From NCBI GenBank assembly GCA_963733035.1, contig CAVTBU010000007.1:160001-224000 (forward strand): 64,000 nt of DNA, written 5' to 3'. This document shows positions 18,002 through 28,362 of this stretch, one piece after another (the stretch's first letter is position 1; each line of letters opens with the position of its first letter). The position numbers and the translations under genes are program-made. Below the pieces are notes generated by a model. It saw only the letters and a list, made by a program, of their open reading frames with translations, was not told the DNA's origin and did no database searches. The DNA is from Pirellulales bacterium. GTDB taxonomy: Bacteria; Planctomycetota; Planctomycetia; Pirellulales; PALSA-1355.

Positions 18002-19117
18002 ATGGTCACCGCCACCAAATCGAACAATCGCATGGCTAAAGAATCCGCAAAAGCCGCCAAGAAGTCGAAAGAGCCCGCCGGGGTGTTCGACTCGAATCCC
18101 GACCTGAAGAATACGGTCGCCCAGATCGAAAAGCAGTTTGGCGAAGGGGCGATCATGCCGCTCGGCTCGGCCAAGGCCGTGCAGATCGCGGGCATTCCCA
18201 CCGGCAGCCTCTCGCTCGATTTGGCCCTGGGTGGGCAGGGGATTCCCAAGGGGCGGATCATCGAAGTATTTGGCCCCGAATCGAGCGGCAAAACCACGCT
18301 CGCGTTGCATGCCGTCGCGCAGGCCCAAAAGGCTGGCGGCATCGCCGCGTTCATCGACGCCGAACATGCCCTGGATCCCAGTTGGGCCAAAAAGCTGGGC
18401 GTTGATCTGGAAACCCTGCTGGTCAGCCAGCCCGGCTGTGGCGAAGAAGCCATGCATATTACCGAAATGCTGATCAAGTCGAACGCGGTCGACATCATCG
18501 TGATCGACTCGGTGGCCGCCTTGGTCCCCAAGAAGGAACTCGACGGCGAAATTGGCGACTCGCACGTCGGACTGCAGGCCCGGCTCATGAGCCAGTCGAT
18601 GCGCAAGCTCACCGGCACGATTAACAAGAGCAAGACCGCGGTGATTTTTATCAATCAGATTCGAGAAAAGATCGGCGTGATGTTCGGCAGCCCCGAAACG
18701 ACTCCTGGCGGCCGGGCCCTGAAGTTCTATAGTTCCTGCCGTATCGACGTTCGCCGGATCGGTCAGCTGAAAGAAGGGGAAGATGTGGTCGGCCAGCGGG
18801 TGCGGGCCAAAGTGGTCAAGAACAAAGTTGCCCCGCCGTTCCGCCTTGCCGAGTTTGATATGATGCACGCAGGCGGTATCAGCTACGAATCGGACGTGCT
18901 GGATCTGGCAATTGCTCAGAAATTAGTCGTCCGATCGGGGGCTTGGTTCCGCTACGGTGATGTACAATTGGGGCAGGGTCGGGAGAAGACCCGGGCTTAC
19001 CTGCAGGAAAATCCCGCTTTGGTCGAGGAGCTGAAGGCCAAGATTCTGGCCTCGGGCGAACCGGTCGAAAAGGTGGGTGATAGTGATGGTGACGACGGAA
19101 GCAGCGGCGACGAATAA
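18002..19117 (+). CDS. recA: Recombinase RecA
   Basis: [55 protein letters not shown]. Confidence 0.99.
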   Translation: MVTATKSNNRMAKESAKAAKKSKEPAGVFDSNPDLKNTVAQIEKQFGEGAIMPLGSAKAVQIAGIPTGSLSLDLALGGQGIPKGRIIEVFGPESSGKTTLALHAVAQAQKAGGIAAFIDAEHALDPSWAKKLGVDLETLLVSQPGCGEEAMHITEMLIKSNAVDIIVIDSVAALVPKKELDGEIGDSHVGLQARLMSQSMRKLTGTINKSKTAVIFINQIREKIGVMFGSPETTPGGRALKFYSSCRIDVRRIGQLKEGEDVVGQRVRAKVVKNKVAPPFRLAEFDMMHAGGISYESDVLDLAIAQKLVVRSGAWFRYGDVQLGQGREKTRAYLQENPALVEELKAKILASGEPVEKVGDSDGDDGSSGDE

Positions 19118-19194
19118 CCGTCCGCCGTTTTGCAGGCCGGCACCTCGCCTGCCGCGGTTCGCCACTTCAGCGAGTATGCTCACGAGGTGCTGAC

Positions 19195-20703
19195 ATGCGT
19201 CATGGGAACGGATCGCTCCGCTGGCTCGCTTCGACGGTCACTCTGTTGACCGTTGTCTATGGGCAGGTCGGCCTGATTTTGCCTGCGGTCGCTCAGGAGG
19301 AAGCCAAGCCGGATGTTCGTCAGGCAACAGGCCTGCAAGCGGCCATCGCGATCGAAGGTGCGATGGTTCAGGCCATCGCCAAAGCCGAACGGTCGGTCGT
19401 GGCCATCGCCCGCGTGCGCCGTCAGGACGAACAGCCGCTCGATCTGAGCATCAACCAGTTCGGTCGCATGCAGATTACCGAGCTGGCTTCGCCTGGCACG
19501 CCAGAGTTCATTCCGAACGAGTATGCCACCGGCGTCGTCGTCGGTGCCGATGGTCTGATCCTGACGGCCAATCATGTTCTGCAAGAGAACTGCGACTACT
19601 GGGTCACGACCCCGGATCGCCGCATCTTCAAAGTCCGGCGTATCAAGGGGGCCGATCCGCGCAGCGATTTGGCCGTTTTGCAAATCGACGCCACCGACCT
19701 GGTGCCCATTGCGTTTGGCGATGCGTCAAAGCTGAAAAAAGGCCAAATCGTCATCGCGCTGGGTAATCCGTATGCGATTGCTCGCGATGGTCAGGCCAGT
19801 GCGAGCTGGGGCATTGTGGCCAACATCACACGCAAAGATGGGCCGTCGCTTGATATTACGAACCCCAAGCCCGCGTTACATCAGTATGGCACGCTGATTC
19901 AAACGGATGCCAAGTTGAACCTCGGCACGAGTGGCGGGGCGCTGGTCAATCTGGCGGGAGAAATGGTGGGCCTGACCGTTTCGTTGGCTGCCGCCAGCGG
20001 CTACGAGCAGTCGGCCGGCTTCGCGCTGCCAGTCGACGAAACGTTCCTGCGAGCCGTCAGGACCCTCAAGCAGGGAAGCGAAGTTGAGTACGGGTTTCTC
20101 GGAGTGGCGGTTAATCCGCTGGCCGTCAATGACCGCCAAAAGGGACATTTCGGTGTGCTCGTCACCTCGATCGTTCCCGGCACGCCGGCCGAGCGGTTCG
20201 GGCTAATGGATCGCGACATCATCACGCACGTCGATGGCCAGGAGATTCACGATCAGGATCAGTTCATGCTGGCAATCGGACGTCTGCCGGCCGAGGGCCG
20301 GGCAACGCTTCGGGTTGAACGTGACGGCCGGCCGCGCGTCGTCGTCATTGGCGAGTTGGCCAAGTACTTTGTTCCGGCCGGCCAGATCGTTACCAACCCT
20401 CGTCCTGCCTGGAGGGGATTGCGGGTCGATCATGTCACGGCCTCACGCAACTTTCACAGCTGGTCGCTCCAGGGACTCATCGACCCGCAGGGTTCGGTGA
20501 TTGTCACTGAGGTCATGGAAAATAGCCCCGCCTGGAACGAAGGTTTGCGTCCCGACATGTTGATCAGTCACGTGGCCGGCAATCGCGTCGCCACGCCGCG
20601 GCAGTTTCTCGACCTGGTGGTCGGCCAAGACGGTCCCGTTAAGCTTCGCATCGACGACCGTAGCGGCAAGCCCGATGAGCGCGTGATTCCGCCTGCCAGT
20701 TAA
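19195..20703 (+). CDS. HtrA/DegP-like trypsin serine protease with two PDZ domains
   Basis: Signal peptide; catalytic triad LTANHV / SDLAV / NLGTSGG; GFLGV PDZ start. Confidence 0.9.
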   Translation: MRHGNGSLRWLASTVTLLTVVYGQVGLILPAVAQEEAKPDVRQATGLQAAIAIEGAMVQAIAKAERSVVAIARVRRQDEQPLDLSINQFGRMQITELASPGTPEFIPNEYATGVVVGADGLILTANHVLQENCDYWVTTPDRRIFKVRRIKGADPRSDLAVLQIDATDLVPIAFGDASKLKKGQIVIALGNPYAIARDGQASASWGIVANITRKDGPSLDITNPKPALHQYGTLIQTDAKLNLGTSGGALVNLAGEMVGLTVSLAAASGYEQSAGFALPVDETFLRAVRTLKQGSEVEYGFLGVAVNPLAVNDRQKGHFGVLVTSIVPGTPAERFGLMDRDIITHVDGQEIHDQDQFMLAIGRLPAEGRATLRVERDGRPRVVVIGELAKYFVPAGQIVTNPRPAWRGLRVDHVTASRNFHSWSLQGLIDPQGSVIVTEVMENSPAWNEGLRPDMLISHVAGNRVATPRQFLDLVVGQDGPVKLRIDDRSGKPDERVIPPAS

Positions 20704-20946
20704 TGGCCGAACGATTCGGCCGGCGCCGCCCTGCAAGCGTTGCCTTCCAACGTTCGCCGTTCGTTCGCGGACCCGCGTCCCTGGCCGTAAATCCCGATTA
20801 CGGCTATCATTACTCGCTTCGCGGGGGTGACGTTGCGCGGGAACTTGGCGGCTGCCGGGATTGTCCAGCCTGCATGTCAGCCGGCCGGTTTGACCGGGCG
20901 CCAGCCTCGCGGCTTTATGGATTGTCTCGCACCCAATAGCGACCTC

Positions 20947-23562
20947 ATGAATACTGACGAACTCCGCGAAAAGTATCTCGCCTTTTTTGAGACCAAGGGC
21001 TGTGTGCGCCGGCCGAGCGATGTGCTGGTGCCCCGCTGGGATCCCTCGGTGTTGTTCACGCCGGCCGGCATGAACCAGTTCAAGGATCATTTCCTGGGCA
21101 AGGTGAAGCTCGATTTCACGCGGGCCACCACCTGCCAGAAATGTTTGCGAACCGGTGACATCGAGAACGTAGGTCGCACGGCCTATCACCATACGTTTTT
21201 CGAGATGCTGGGCAATTTCAGCTTTGGCGACTACTTCAAGCGCGACGCGATCAACTGGGCCTGGGAGTTTTTGACCCAGAAACAATGGCTAGGGCTCGAT
21301 CCGAACCGACTGTTTGTCTCGGTCTATCAGGACGACGACGAGGCAGCCGAGATCTGGGCCAAGGACATCAAACTCACGCCCGATCGCATCAAGCGAATGG
21401 GCGAGGATGACAACTTCTGGCCGGCGGGCGCACCGAGCCAGGGTCCCGATGGCGTATGCGGCCCGTGCAGCGAAATCTTTTATATGCCCGACGCCAACAG
21501 CGAGGTGGAGATCTGGAACCTCGTGTTCACACAGTTCAACCGCGTTGGCAATCCGCCCGACAACCTGCGACCCCTGCCGAGCAAGAACATCGACACGGGT
21601 ATGGGTCTGGAACGCACGGCCTCGGTACTCCAGGGTGTGTCGACAAATTTCCACATCGACATCCTTCGCCCGCTGGTCGAAGCCGCCGGTGACGTGTGCG
21701 GGATCAAGTACGATCCTCAAAACGAATCCGGTCGCCGGTTGCGCCGCATTGCGGATCACGTGCGGGCCTGTACGTTTGCAATCCACGAAAATGTCTACCC
21801 GGGACCGAACAAGGAAAAGTACGTAGTCAAACGGCTATTGCGCCGTGCGGTGCTCGACGGTCGGCAGATGGGCGTGCATGGTCCGTTCCTCAATAAACTG
21901 GTCACCAAGGTGGCCGAAGTGATGCGCAACCCGTATCCCGAACTCGGCGAAACGACGACCCGCGTGGCTGGCGTCATCGAGCAGGAGGAGAGTAACTTCT
22001 TCGGCACGATCGACGCCGGTCTCGACCGCATCGAGCGTTTGTTCCAGCAGATGAAGGCCGATGGCCGCGAGATGGTAACCGGTGTTGACGCGGCCGAAAT
22101 GTATACCACGCACGGCTTCCCGCCCGAACTGTTCGAAACGCTGGCCGCCGAGCACAACCTCGGCTTCGATTGGGCCGGCTTCAAACAGGAAATGGAGCAG
22201 CACGGCATTGAGTCGGGAGCAGGCCATCGCGTCGAGCTGTTTCAGTCGAGCCCGCTTGATGCGCTCAAGAAAACCATGCCCGGCACGCAGTTTGTCGGGT
22301 ACGAAACCACCACCGCCGAAGCCAAAGTCGTGGGCGTCATCGCCCGCGATGAGCTCGTCGAACAAATTGACGAAGTGGGCCATGACAAGCCGGTTGTCTT
22401 GGTACTCGATAAGACACCGTTTTATGGCGAATCGGGCGGACAGGTGGGCGATAGCGGCGAGATCTCGGGACGCGACTTCCGCTTTGACGTCGTCGACACG
22501 CAGAAGGAGGGCAACTTCACGCTGCACGTCGGTCACTTGCGCACGGGCAGAATCACGCAGGGCGACACGGTGACCGCGCGCGTCGAGGGCCCCCGCCGCA
22601 TGGGCATTCGCCGCGCTCATTCGGCGACGCACCTGCTGCATCATGCACTGCAAAAGCATCTGGGCAAACACGCACAGCAGCAAGGCTCGAAGGTCGACCG
22701 CGATTGGCTGCGTTTCGATTTCACGAATCCCACCGCGGTTTCGCCGGAGCAGTTGGCCGCGATCGAAGCCGAGGTGAATCTCCTCGCGTCCTCGGCGGTC
22801 CGAATCCAATGGCGCACGATGCCGTTGGCTCAGGCCCGCGAAACCGGAGCGATGATGCTGTTCGGCGAGAAGTATCCCGATATCGTGCGGATGGTCTCAA
22901 TCGGAGAATTTAGCAAGGAACTCTGTGGGGGCACGCACCTGGACAACAGCGGCCAGGTCGGACTGTTCAAGATCACCGGCGAAGAGAGCGTTTCGGCCGG
23001 CACGCGGCGGATCACGGCGCTCACGGGCCCCGCCGCGCTGGATTACGTTCGCGGGCACGAGGCTGCCCTGCAGGAGACCGCCACGCTGCTTCGGATTCCC
23101 CTCGGCGAAGTGCCAAATCGCGTTGCGGCATTGGCCAAGGAACTGCGCGAACTGAAGAAGCAACTTTCGGCGGCGCCGAAGGCAGGTGGCGCAACGCCCG
23201 ACAAGTTGCTGGCCGATGCGGCGGAGCAGGGGGGCGTCAAAATCGTCGTGGCCGAGGCGCCCGACGCCGATGCGAACCAGATGCGGCAACTGATCGATCA
23301 GTTGCGCAAAACGGCCGGACCGGTGGCCGTGCTTTTGGGCTCAACTGGCGAGGGGAAGGTGACGCTCGTGGCCGGCATCACGCGCGACCTGCAGGAGCGC
23401 GGCGTCCATGCCGGCAACTGGATCAAAGGTCCCGCGGAAGTTGTCGGCGGCCGCGGCGGTGGCAAACCCGATATGGCCCAAGCCGGCGGCAAGCACACCG
23501 AAAAGTTGGCCGAGGCGCTCGAAGCAGCCCGGCAAGAAATCAAGAAGCTCTTGGCCAAATAG
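20947..23562 (+). CDS. alaS: Alanine--tRNA ligase
   Basis: AGMNQFK, HHTFFEMLGNFSFGDYFK, DTGMGLER, HSATHLLH, ELCGGTH, GGRGGGKPDMAQAGG. Confidence 0.99.
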   Translation: MNTDELREKYLAFFETKGCVRRPSDVLVPRWDPSVLFTPAGMNQFKDHFLGKVKLDFTRATTCQKCLRTGDIENVGRTAYHHTFFEMLGNFSFGDYFKRDAINWAWEFLTQKQWLGLDPNRLFVSVYQDDDEAAEIWAKDIKLTPDRIKRMGEDDNFWPAGAPSQGPDGVCGPCSEIFYMPDANSEVEIWNLVFTQFNRVGNPPDNLRPLPSKNIDTGMGLERTASVLQGVSTNFHIDILRPLVEAAGDVCGIKYDPQNESGRRLRRIADHVRACTFAIHENVYPGPNKEKYVVKRLLRRAVLDGRQMGVHGPFLNKLVTKVAEVMRNPYPELGETTTRVAGVIEQEESNFFGTIDAGLDRIERLFQQMKADGREMVTGVDAAEMYTTHGFPPELFETLAAEHNLGFDWAGFKQEMEQHGIESGAGHRVELFQSSPLDALKKTMPGTQFVGYETTTAEAKVVGVIARDELVEQIDEVGHDKPVVLVLDKTPFYGESGGQVGDSGEISGRDFRFDVVDTQKEGNFTLHVGHLRTGRITQGDTVTARVEGPRRMGIRRAHSATHLLHHALQKHLGKHAQQQGSKVDRDWLRFDFTNPTAVSPEQLAAIEAEVNLLASSAVRIQWRTMPLAQARETGAMMLFGEKYPDIVRMVSIGEFSKELCGGTHLDNSGQVGLFKITGEESVSAGTRRITALTGPAALDYVRGHEAALQETATLLRIPLGEVPNRVAALAKELRELKKQLSAAPKAGGATPDKLLADAAEQGGVKIVVAEAPDADANQMRQLIDQLRKTAGPVAVLLGSTGEGKVTLVAGITRDLQERGVHAGNWIKGPAEVVGGRGGGKPDMAQAGGKHTEKLAEALEAARQEIKKLLAK

Positions 23563-23594
23563 AAAAAGGCCGGAAGCCGCTTCGACTTCCGGCC
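23563..23594. terminator. Terminator hairpin between convergent alaS and tpx
   Basis: AAAAA-GGCCGGAAG-N9-CTTCCGGCC; the U-tract is on the minus strand. Confidence 0.7.
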
Positions 23595-23651
23595 CAATTC
23601 GTGTTCCCCAGCGCGGAACGTTTGCCCATCTGACTCTTGCATGCGGCCGAG

Positions 23652-24170
23652 CTACAAGGCGCCCTTGAGGGCGGCCAGGGCCGCGGCGTAGTCTGGTTCC
23701 TCAGCCACTTCCTTAACGGTCTCGGCGTAAATCACTTTGCCGTCCTTGTCGAGCACGAACACGCCGCGGGCCAGAATCTTGAGTTCCTCGATCAGCATGC
23801 CCCAGTTTTGGCCGAAGCTGCGATCCTGGTAGTCGCTCAACGAGCGCATGTTCTTGATGTCCTCCGCGCCGCAGAAGCGGTTCATCGCGAACGGCAGGTC
23901 GAGGCTCACCGTAACGGCGTTGATCTTATCCCCCAACGACGCCAGCTCGTCATTGAACTTCTTGGTCTGCTTTTGGCAAACGGGGGTATCTAGCGAGGGC
24001 ACGACGCTGATGAACGTCGGCTTTCCCTTCCAGTCGGCGGGGGTGACGGCCTTCATGCCCCCTTCGAAAGTATGCAGCTTGCAATCTGGTGCCGTCTGCC
24101 CGACGCTGACTGCGTTGCCAGCTAGCGTCATTGGGTTGCCTTTGAACGTGATCGCTCCGGGACGAGACAT
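23652..24170 (-). CDS. tpx: Thiol peroxidase (atypical 2-Cys peroxiredoxin)
   Basis: ITFKGNP, VPSLDTPVC, SLDLPFAMNRFC. Confidence 0.95.
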   Translation of the reverse strand: MSRPGAITFKGNPMTLAGNAVSVGQTAPDCKLHTFEGGMKAVTPADWKGKPTFISVVPSLDTPVCQKQTKKFNDELASLGDKINAVTVSLDLPFAMNRFCGAEDIKNMRSLSDYQDRSFGQNWGMLIEELKILARGVFVLDKDGKVIYAETVKEVAEEPDYAAALAALKGAL

Positions 24171-24419
24171 AAATCCTTATCCTTTCCGAGTGATAGCATG
24201 GGTCCGAATCGAGTGCGTAGTATCGCGCGATTTCGGGGACCCATCAAGGGGCCGGCTCGACTGAAAAACGACACCAAACATTGCCAGTTTTTTCAGAAGG
24301 AGTAAGATGCAAGGCGCGCGTTGGTTGTTGGGGCGTTCCTTCCGCCCACCCGCCAACTCCCCTCCGGCCTTAGGCGGCCCTTCTGGTAAACATTCGAACG
24401 TTGACGGAGCGACACACAA

Positions 24420-24809
24420 ATGGCCCAGGCAACCATTGTTGGCAGCGGTTGGGATTTTGAAGTCGAGCGCGGACCGGATTGGTTGTTCGTGCGCCCTCGA
24501 AGATTGCCGGCTGGCAACAATCGCGCGGCAGCGCTAGCCGAGCAAATCTGGACACTGCTCGAGCGACAATTCACCAATCGGCTCGTTTTAGACATGGGCG
24601 ACGTCGATCACCTCGATAGCGAACTGGTTTCCCAGTTCGTCTGGCTGCGTAAGCAAATTCACACGCACGACGGACTGATGCGCGTCTGTGGACTGTCCGA
24701 CGACCACGAAGACGTGTTGCAAGCGTGTGGTTTGTGCGGTTCCTTCCCGCGCTACCGCACCCGTGAAGACGCCGTGATGGGGCACACCCATCCGCGGCAG
24801 CCCCGGTAG
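24420..24809 (+). CDS. STAS domain protein (anti-sigma antagonist-like)
   Basis: LVLDMGDVDHLDS...LMRVCGLS...VLQACGL. Confidence 0.8.
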   Translation: MAQATIVGSGWDFEVERGPDWLFVRPRRLPAGNNRAAALAEQIWTLLERQFTNRLVLDMGDVDHLDSELVSQFVWLRKQIHTHDGLMRVCGLSDDHEDVLQACGLCGSFPRYRTREDAVMGHTHPRQPR

Positions 24810-24936
24810 CATCGCGCCAGCGAATTGGCAATGGATCGCGACGCCGCGAAAGTCGCGGGAGTGGTGGTGCGTGCTAAATGCGCTTCCGCCTCGCGAATCG
24901 CTCTTTTGAGCAGCTCAACTCGCGCGGCCCATCGCG

Positions 24937-25164
24937 CTACGACCAACTCACTTCGAGTTGATTCTCAATTTGCTGGACTCCTTCCAACCGCCGCAATGCT
25001 TCCTGCGCCATCTGTTTGTGGTAGTACGACTTGACCGTCCCCCGCAACACGACACGCCCCTCCTGGGCTTCAAAATGCAGGTTCCGGCGGGTCAGGTGAG
25101 GGTGGTGTTCAATGGCCGACGAAATCCGCTTCGTCAGAGAGCATTCCGCGGTGGACATAGGCAT
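24937..25164 (-). CDS. Single BON domain protein
   Basis: GRVVLRGTVKSYYHKQMAQEALRRLEGVQQIENQLEV. Confidence 0.88.
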   Translation of the reverse strand: MPMSTAECSLTKRISSAIEHHPHLTRRNLHFEAQEGRVVLRGTVKSYYHKQMAQEALRRLEGVQQIENQLEVSWS

Positions 25165-25463
25165 GATTCCGAATTCGGTGGGCTAATTATCGCAAAATAC
25201 GGCGATGCGTCGGGTGTGGTTCGCGCGACTCGTAACCTGTTCATCGGAAGTATGGGTCAAGTAAGTAACTGATTTTGAATTTGGAACTTGGGTTTTTCTG
25301 AAAAGCTGTTCCGGAAATGCCGGTTGTGCCGACAGCAGCTAGCATCCCGGTAGGTTGGACCGGGGCATTGCGTCCGTTCGCGGGTATGTTTCCGACTGGC
25401 GCGACGATCTTTTCCAGCCCGGTTCACTGAGTAACCGGTGCAAGATGCGACCTAGCCTTTGGT

Positions 25464-26637
25464 ATGCTTTCCCAACTGCGCCCACGTCGAACCATCAGAT
25501 GCCGACGGCCAGAGCCAATTCACGCGCGCGTGAGCGATGACCTCGACGCCCTGGAGCAAGCTTGGCCGATAACGGACTGCTGTCCATCGGCCGGGTTCGC
25601 CTGGTTGCGGGCGGCCCGCACGGCTTTTGCCGAATCGGAAGAGGCACAGGTCTTCACCGCCGCCGCGCGTGCACGGGTGCAGGCCGGCACGGCAATGGTA
25701 CGTGTGCGGCATCATGGCATTTGGCATTTGGCGCCGCCTGGACACGAGTTGAAGCTTCCGACGGAGTTGGCGGCCACTGACTCGCGATCGTTGCAATGCC
25801 TGGCGACTGCGTTGGCCCGCTGCGGTCAGCCCATCGCGTTAGATCGAGTCGTGGCGTCGTCGCCGAGCGTGCGTGCATTGGGGCGTGCCTGCCGGGGCCA
25901 CGCGATATCCGTCGTGCGACCGGCAGCACCGTATCTTTTCGTGCCACTCGATGAGAGTTGGGCCGAGCCTGAACGGCACTTGCTCGCGGTCGAGCGGCGA
26001 CGACTAGCCTTGAAACGGCGCCGTGCCGAACGCCTGGGCCCAGTCCATGCGGAAATCCACGCGCCTGATTTGGACGAACTACCGCATCTGCTCGACTTGG
26101 TGTTCGACCTTGCGACTACCGGTGGGCGTCCGGTGACTAACAGCAAGTCCGCTTTGCCACTCAGCGAGGCAATCTTCTTTCGTCAATACGCGGAAGCAGC
26201 CTGTATCGATGGAACGTTACGAGTTTGTGTGCTGCGAATTGGCGACCGCCCAGCCGCCGTGCAGATGGGCGTCGAAACCGGCACGGCACTCTGGCTACTG
26301 CGCCGGCGAGGATCCGCGTTTTACCCGCTGCCGATCGTCGCAGTTATTAACTTGCGAAACGTTGCGCTACGCGGCGCAAGCCAATCTTCAATCGTGCGAA
26401 TTCTGGGCCGAGCAACAACCCTGGATGCAAACCTGGACCGCCCACCAGCGGCGCTGCGTTTCGCTGCGGACCTATCCATTGGGAGTGCGGGGTCTGGCTG
26501 CTGGTACCGCGGCCGGCGGTGTTGCCGTTTTTCGACAATTGCGACAATTGGTTCAGCGACGCCAGGCGTACGCGATGTGCCAGCGCCTCGCCGCGCGATG
26601 CCACACGCACGCCGCTTGGTCGTTTCTAACACGGTGA
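25464..26637 (+). CDS. GNAT (CelD/BcsL, Acetyltransf_6)-like protein, frameshifted near 26300
   Basis: RRRAERLGPV, FFRQYAEAA...LRVCVLRIGDRPAAVQMG, continuing in another frame as AGEDPRFTRCRSSQLLTCETLRYA...CEFW. Confidence 0.65.
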
Positions 26638-26700
26638 GAATCGCGGTCAGCGCAATCGCTTGCCGCGATCACGGCACTTCTCAAGCGTCACGCCGCGCTG

Positions 26701-28320
26701 TTATCCTGCCAACCACGCCGGCCGCTCGCCGGCCGCGGGCAGCTTGATGATGTAGGCGCTATTGATGGCCGGATGAGAGCGCACTTCGTCGAGGGCAGCC
26801 TGGGTGGGAGCCTGATCGAGATTTAACACGCCAATCGCTTCGCCGCCCTTGGTCTCGCGGCCCACGGCCATTTGGGCAATGTTGATATCGTGCTTGCCGA
26901 AGATCGTGCCCACGGCGCCAACGATGCCCGGCACATCCTTGTGCTTGAAGACCATCAGCACGCCGTCCAGGTATGCGTCGAGCCGGAAGTCGTCGAGCTG
27001 CACAAGCCGGAGCATCTCGGTGCCGAACACGGTGCCGGCCGCCTTGTGCGAACCTTTCTCCGTGTCCACTTCGGCAAGAATCACCGAGGAGAAAGCACCC
27101 GTTTCACTTTTTCGCTGCTCAATCAGCTCGATGCCACGCTCGCGCAACAGCACCTCGGCGTTGACGATGTTGATTTCCTCTTCCAGCGCATGGACTAACA
27201 GGCCGGCCGCGAAGCTTGCTGTAATGAGCTTGGTGTTTTTGGTGGCCACGTCGCCACGGTATTCGACCAGGCAACGACTGACCGGGTCTGTTTCGCATTG
27301 CGCGAGGAGTAACCCCAAACGGTAGGCCATGTCGAGATAGCCCCGCAATTCGGCAAGCGTCTTGGCATCGAGCGGCGTCATGTTCACGGCATGGCGAATT
27401 GCACCAGTTGTCAGGTAATCGACGAGCAACCCCACGCCTTCGACGGCCACCTGAGCCTGAGCCTCCTCGGTGCTGGCTCCCAAATGCGGCGTCGCCAGCA
27501 CCCCGGGCATGCCAAACAGAGGGCTGTCGGTGCAGGGTTCGTTCACATACACGTCGAGCGCCACACCCGCCAGCTTGCCGCTCTTGAGGCCTTCAACCAG
27601 AGCGGCCTCGTTGTAAATGCCACCGCGGGCGCAATTGATCAGCCGCACACCAGACTTGAGCTGATCGAGTTGCGGCATGTCGATCAGATTGCGAGTTTCG
27701 TCGGTCAGCGGGGTGTGCACCGTCAGGTAATCAACCTGCGGCAGCATTTCGGCAACATTGGCCGGTTCGAAGCCCAGCTCCGAGATCCGTTCCTTCGATA
27801 GAAACGGGTCAAAACCGAGCACATGCATTTGCATCGCCTTGGCACGGCTTCCGACAGCCTGGCCGATGCGGCCGAGACCAACGATGCCCAGAGTCTTGTC
27901 GGCCAGTTGCGTGCCCATGTATTGGCTGCGGTCCCATTTGCCAGCGCACAGGCTCTGATAGGCCGGCGCGATATTGCGAGACAGTGCCAACATCATCGCC
28001 AGCGTATGTTCGGCCGTGCTGAGCGTGTTGCCGGCCGGAGTGTTCATCACGACGATGCCCAGCCGCGTGGCTGCCTTGGAATCGATGTTATCGGTGCCGA
28101 CGCCGGCCCGCACGATCGCTTTCAGGCGGTGATTTCCCTCGAGCACGTCGGCCGTTATTTTCACGCCACTACGACAGATCGCGCCGTCGAATTCAGTCAA
28201 GGCCGTGCGCAGCTCGTCGCCCTTGAGGCCAGTGCGGACTTCGAATGCGATGTCCGGTGCGGCCTGTAGCAGGTCGAGGCCTTCTTGCGCCAGCTTGTCC
28301 AACACGATCACTTTCGGCAT
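26701..28320 (-). CDS. serA: D-3-phosphoglycerate dehydrogenase (type I, with ASB and ACT domains)
   Basis: RAGVGTDNID, GLGRIG, INCARGG, TPHLGASTEEAQ; C-terminal ACT domain HKDVPGIVG. Confidence 0.97.
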   Translation of the reverse strand: MPKVIVLDKLAQEGLDLLQAAPDIAFEVRTGLKGDELRTALTEFDGAICRSGVKITADVLEGNHRLKAIVRAGVGTDNIDSKAATRLGIVVMNTPAGNTLSTAEHTLAMMLALSRNIAPAYQSLCAGKWDRSQYMGTQLADKTLGIVGLGRIGQAVGSRAKAMQMHVLGFDPFLSKERISELGFEPANVAEMLPQVDYLTVHTPLTDETRNLIDMPQLDQLKSGVRLINCARGGIYNEAALVEGLKSGKLAGVALDVYVNEPCTDSPLFGMPGVLATPHLGASTEEAQAQVAVEGVGLLVDYLTTGAIRHAVNMTPLDAKTLAELRGYLDMAYRLGLLLAQCETDPVSRCLVEYRGDVATKNTKLITASFAAGLLVHALEEEINIVNAEVLLRERGIELIEQRKSETGAFSSVILAEVDTEKGSHKAAGTVFGTEMLRLVQLDDFRLDAYLDGVLMVFKHKDVPGIVGAVGTIFGKHDINIAQMAVGRETKGGEAIGVLNLDQAPTQAALDEVRSHPAINSAYIIKLPAAGERPAWLAG

Positions 28321-28362
28321 GATTACTCCCAGTCGATTCACTCTCAGGCAAACATGGATGGT

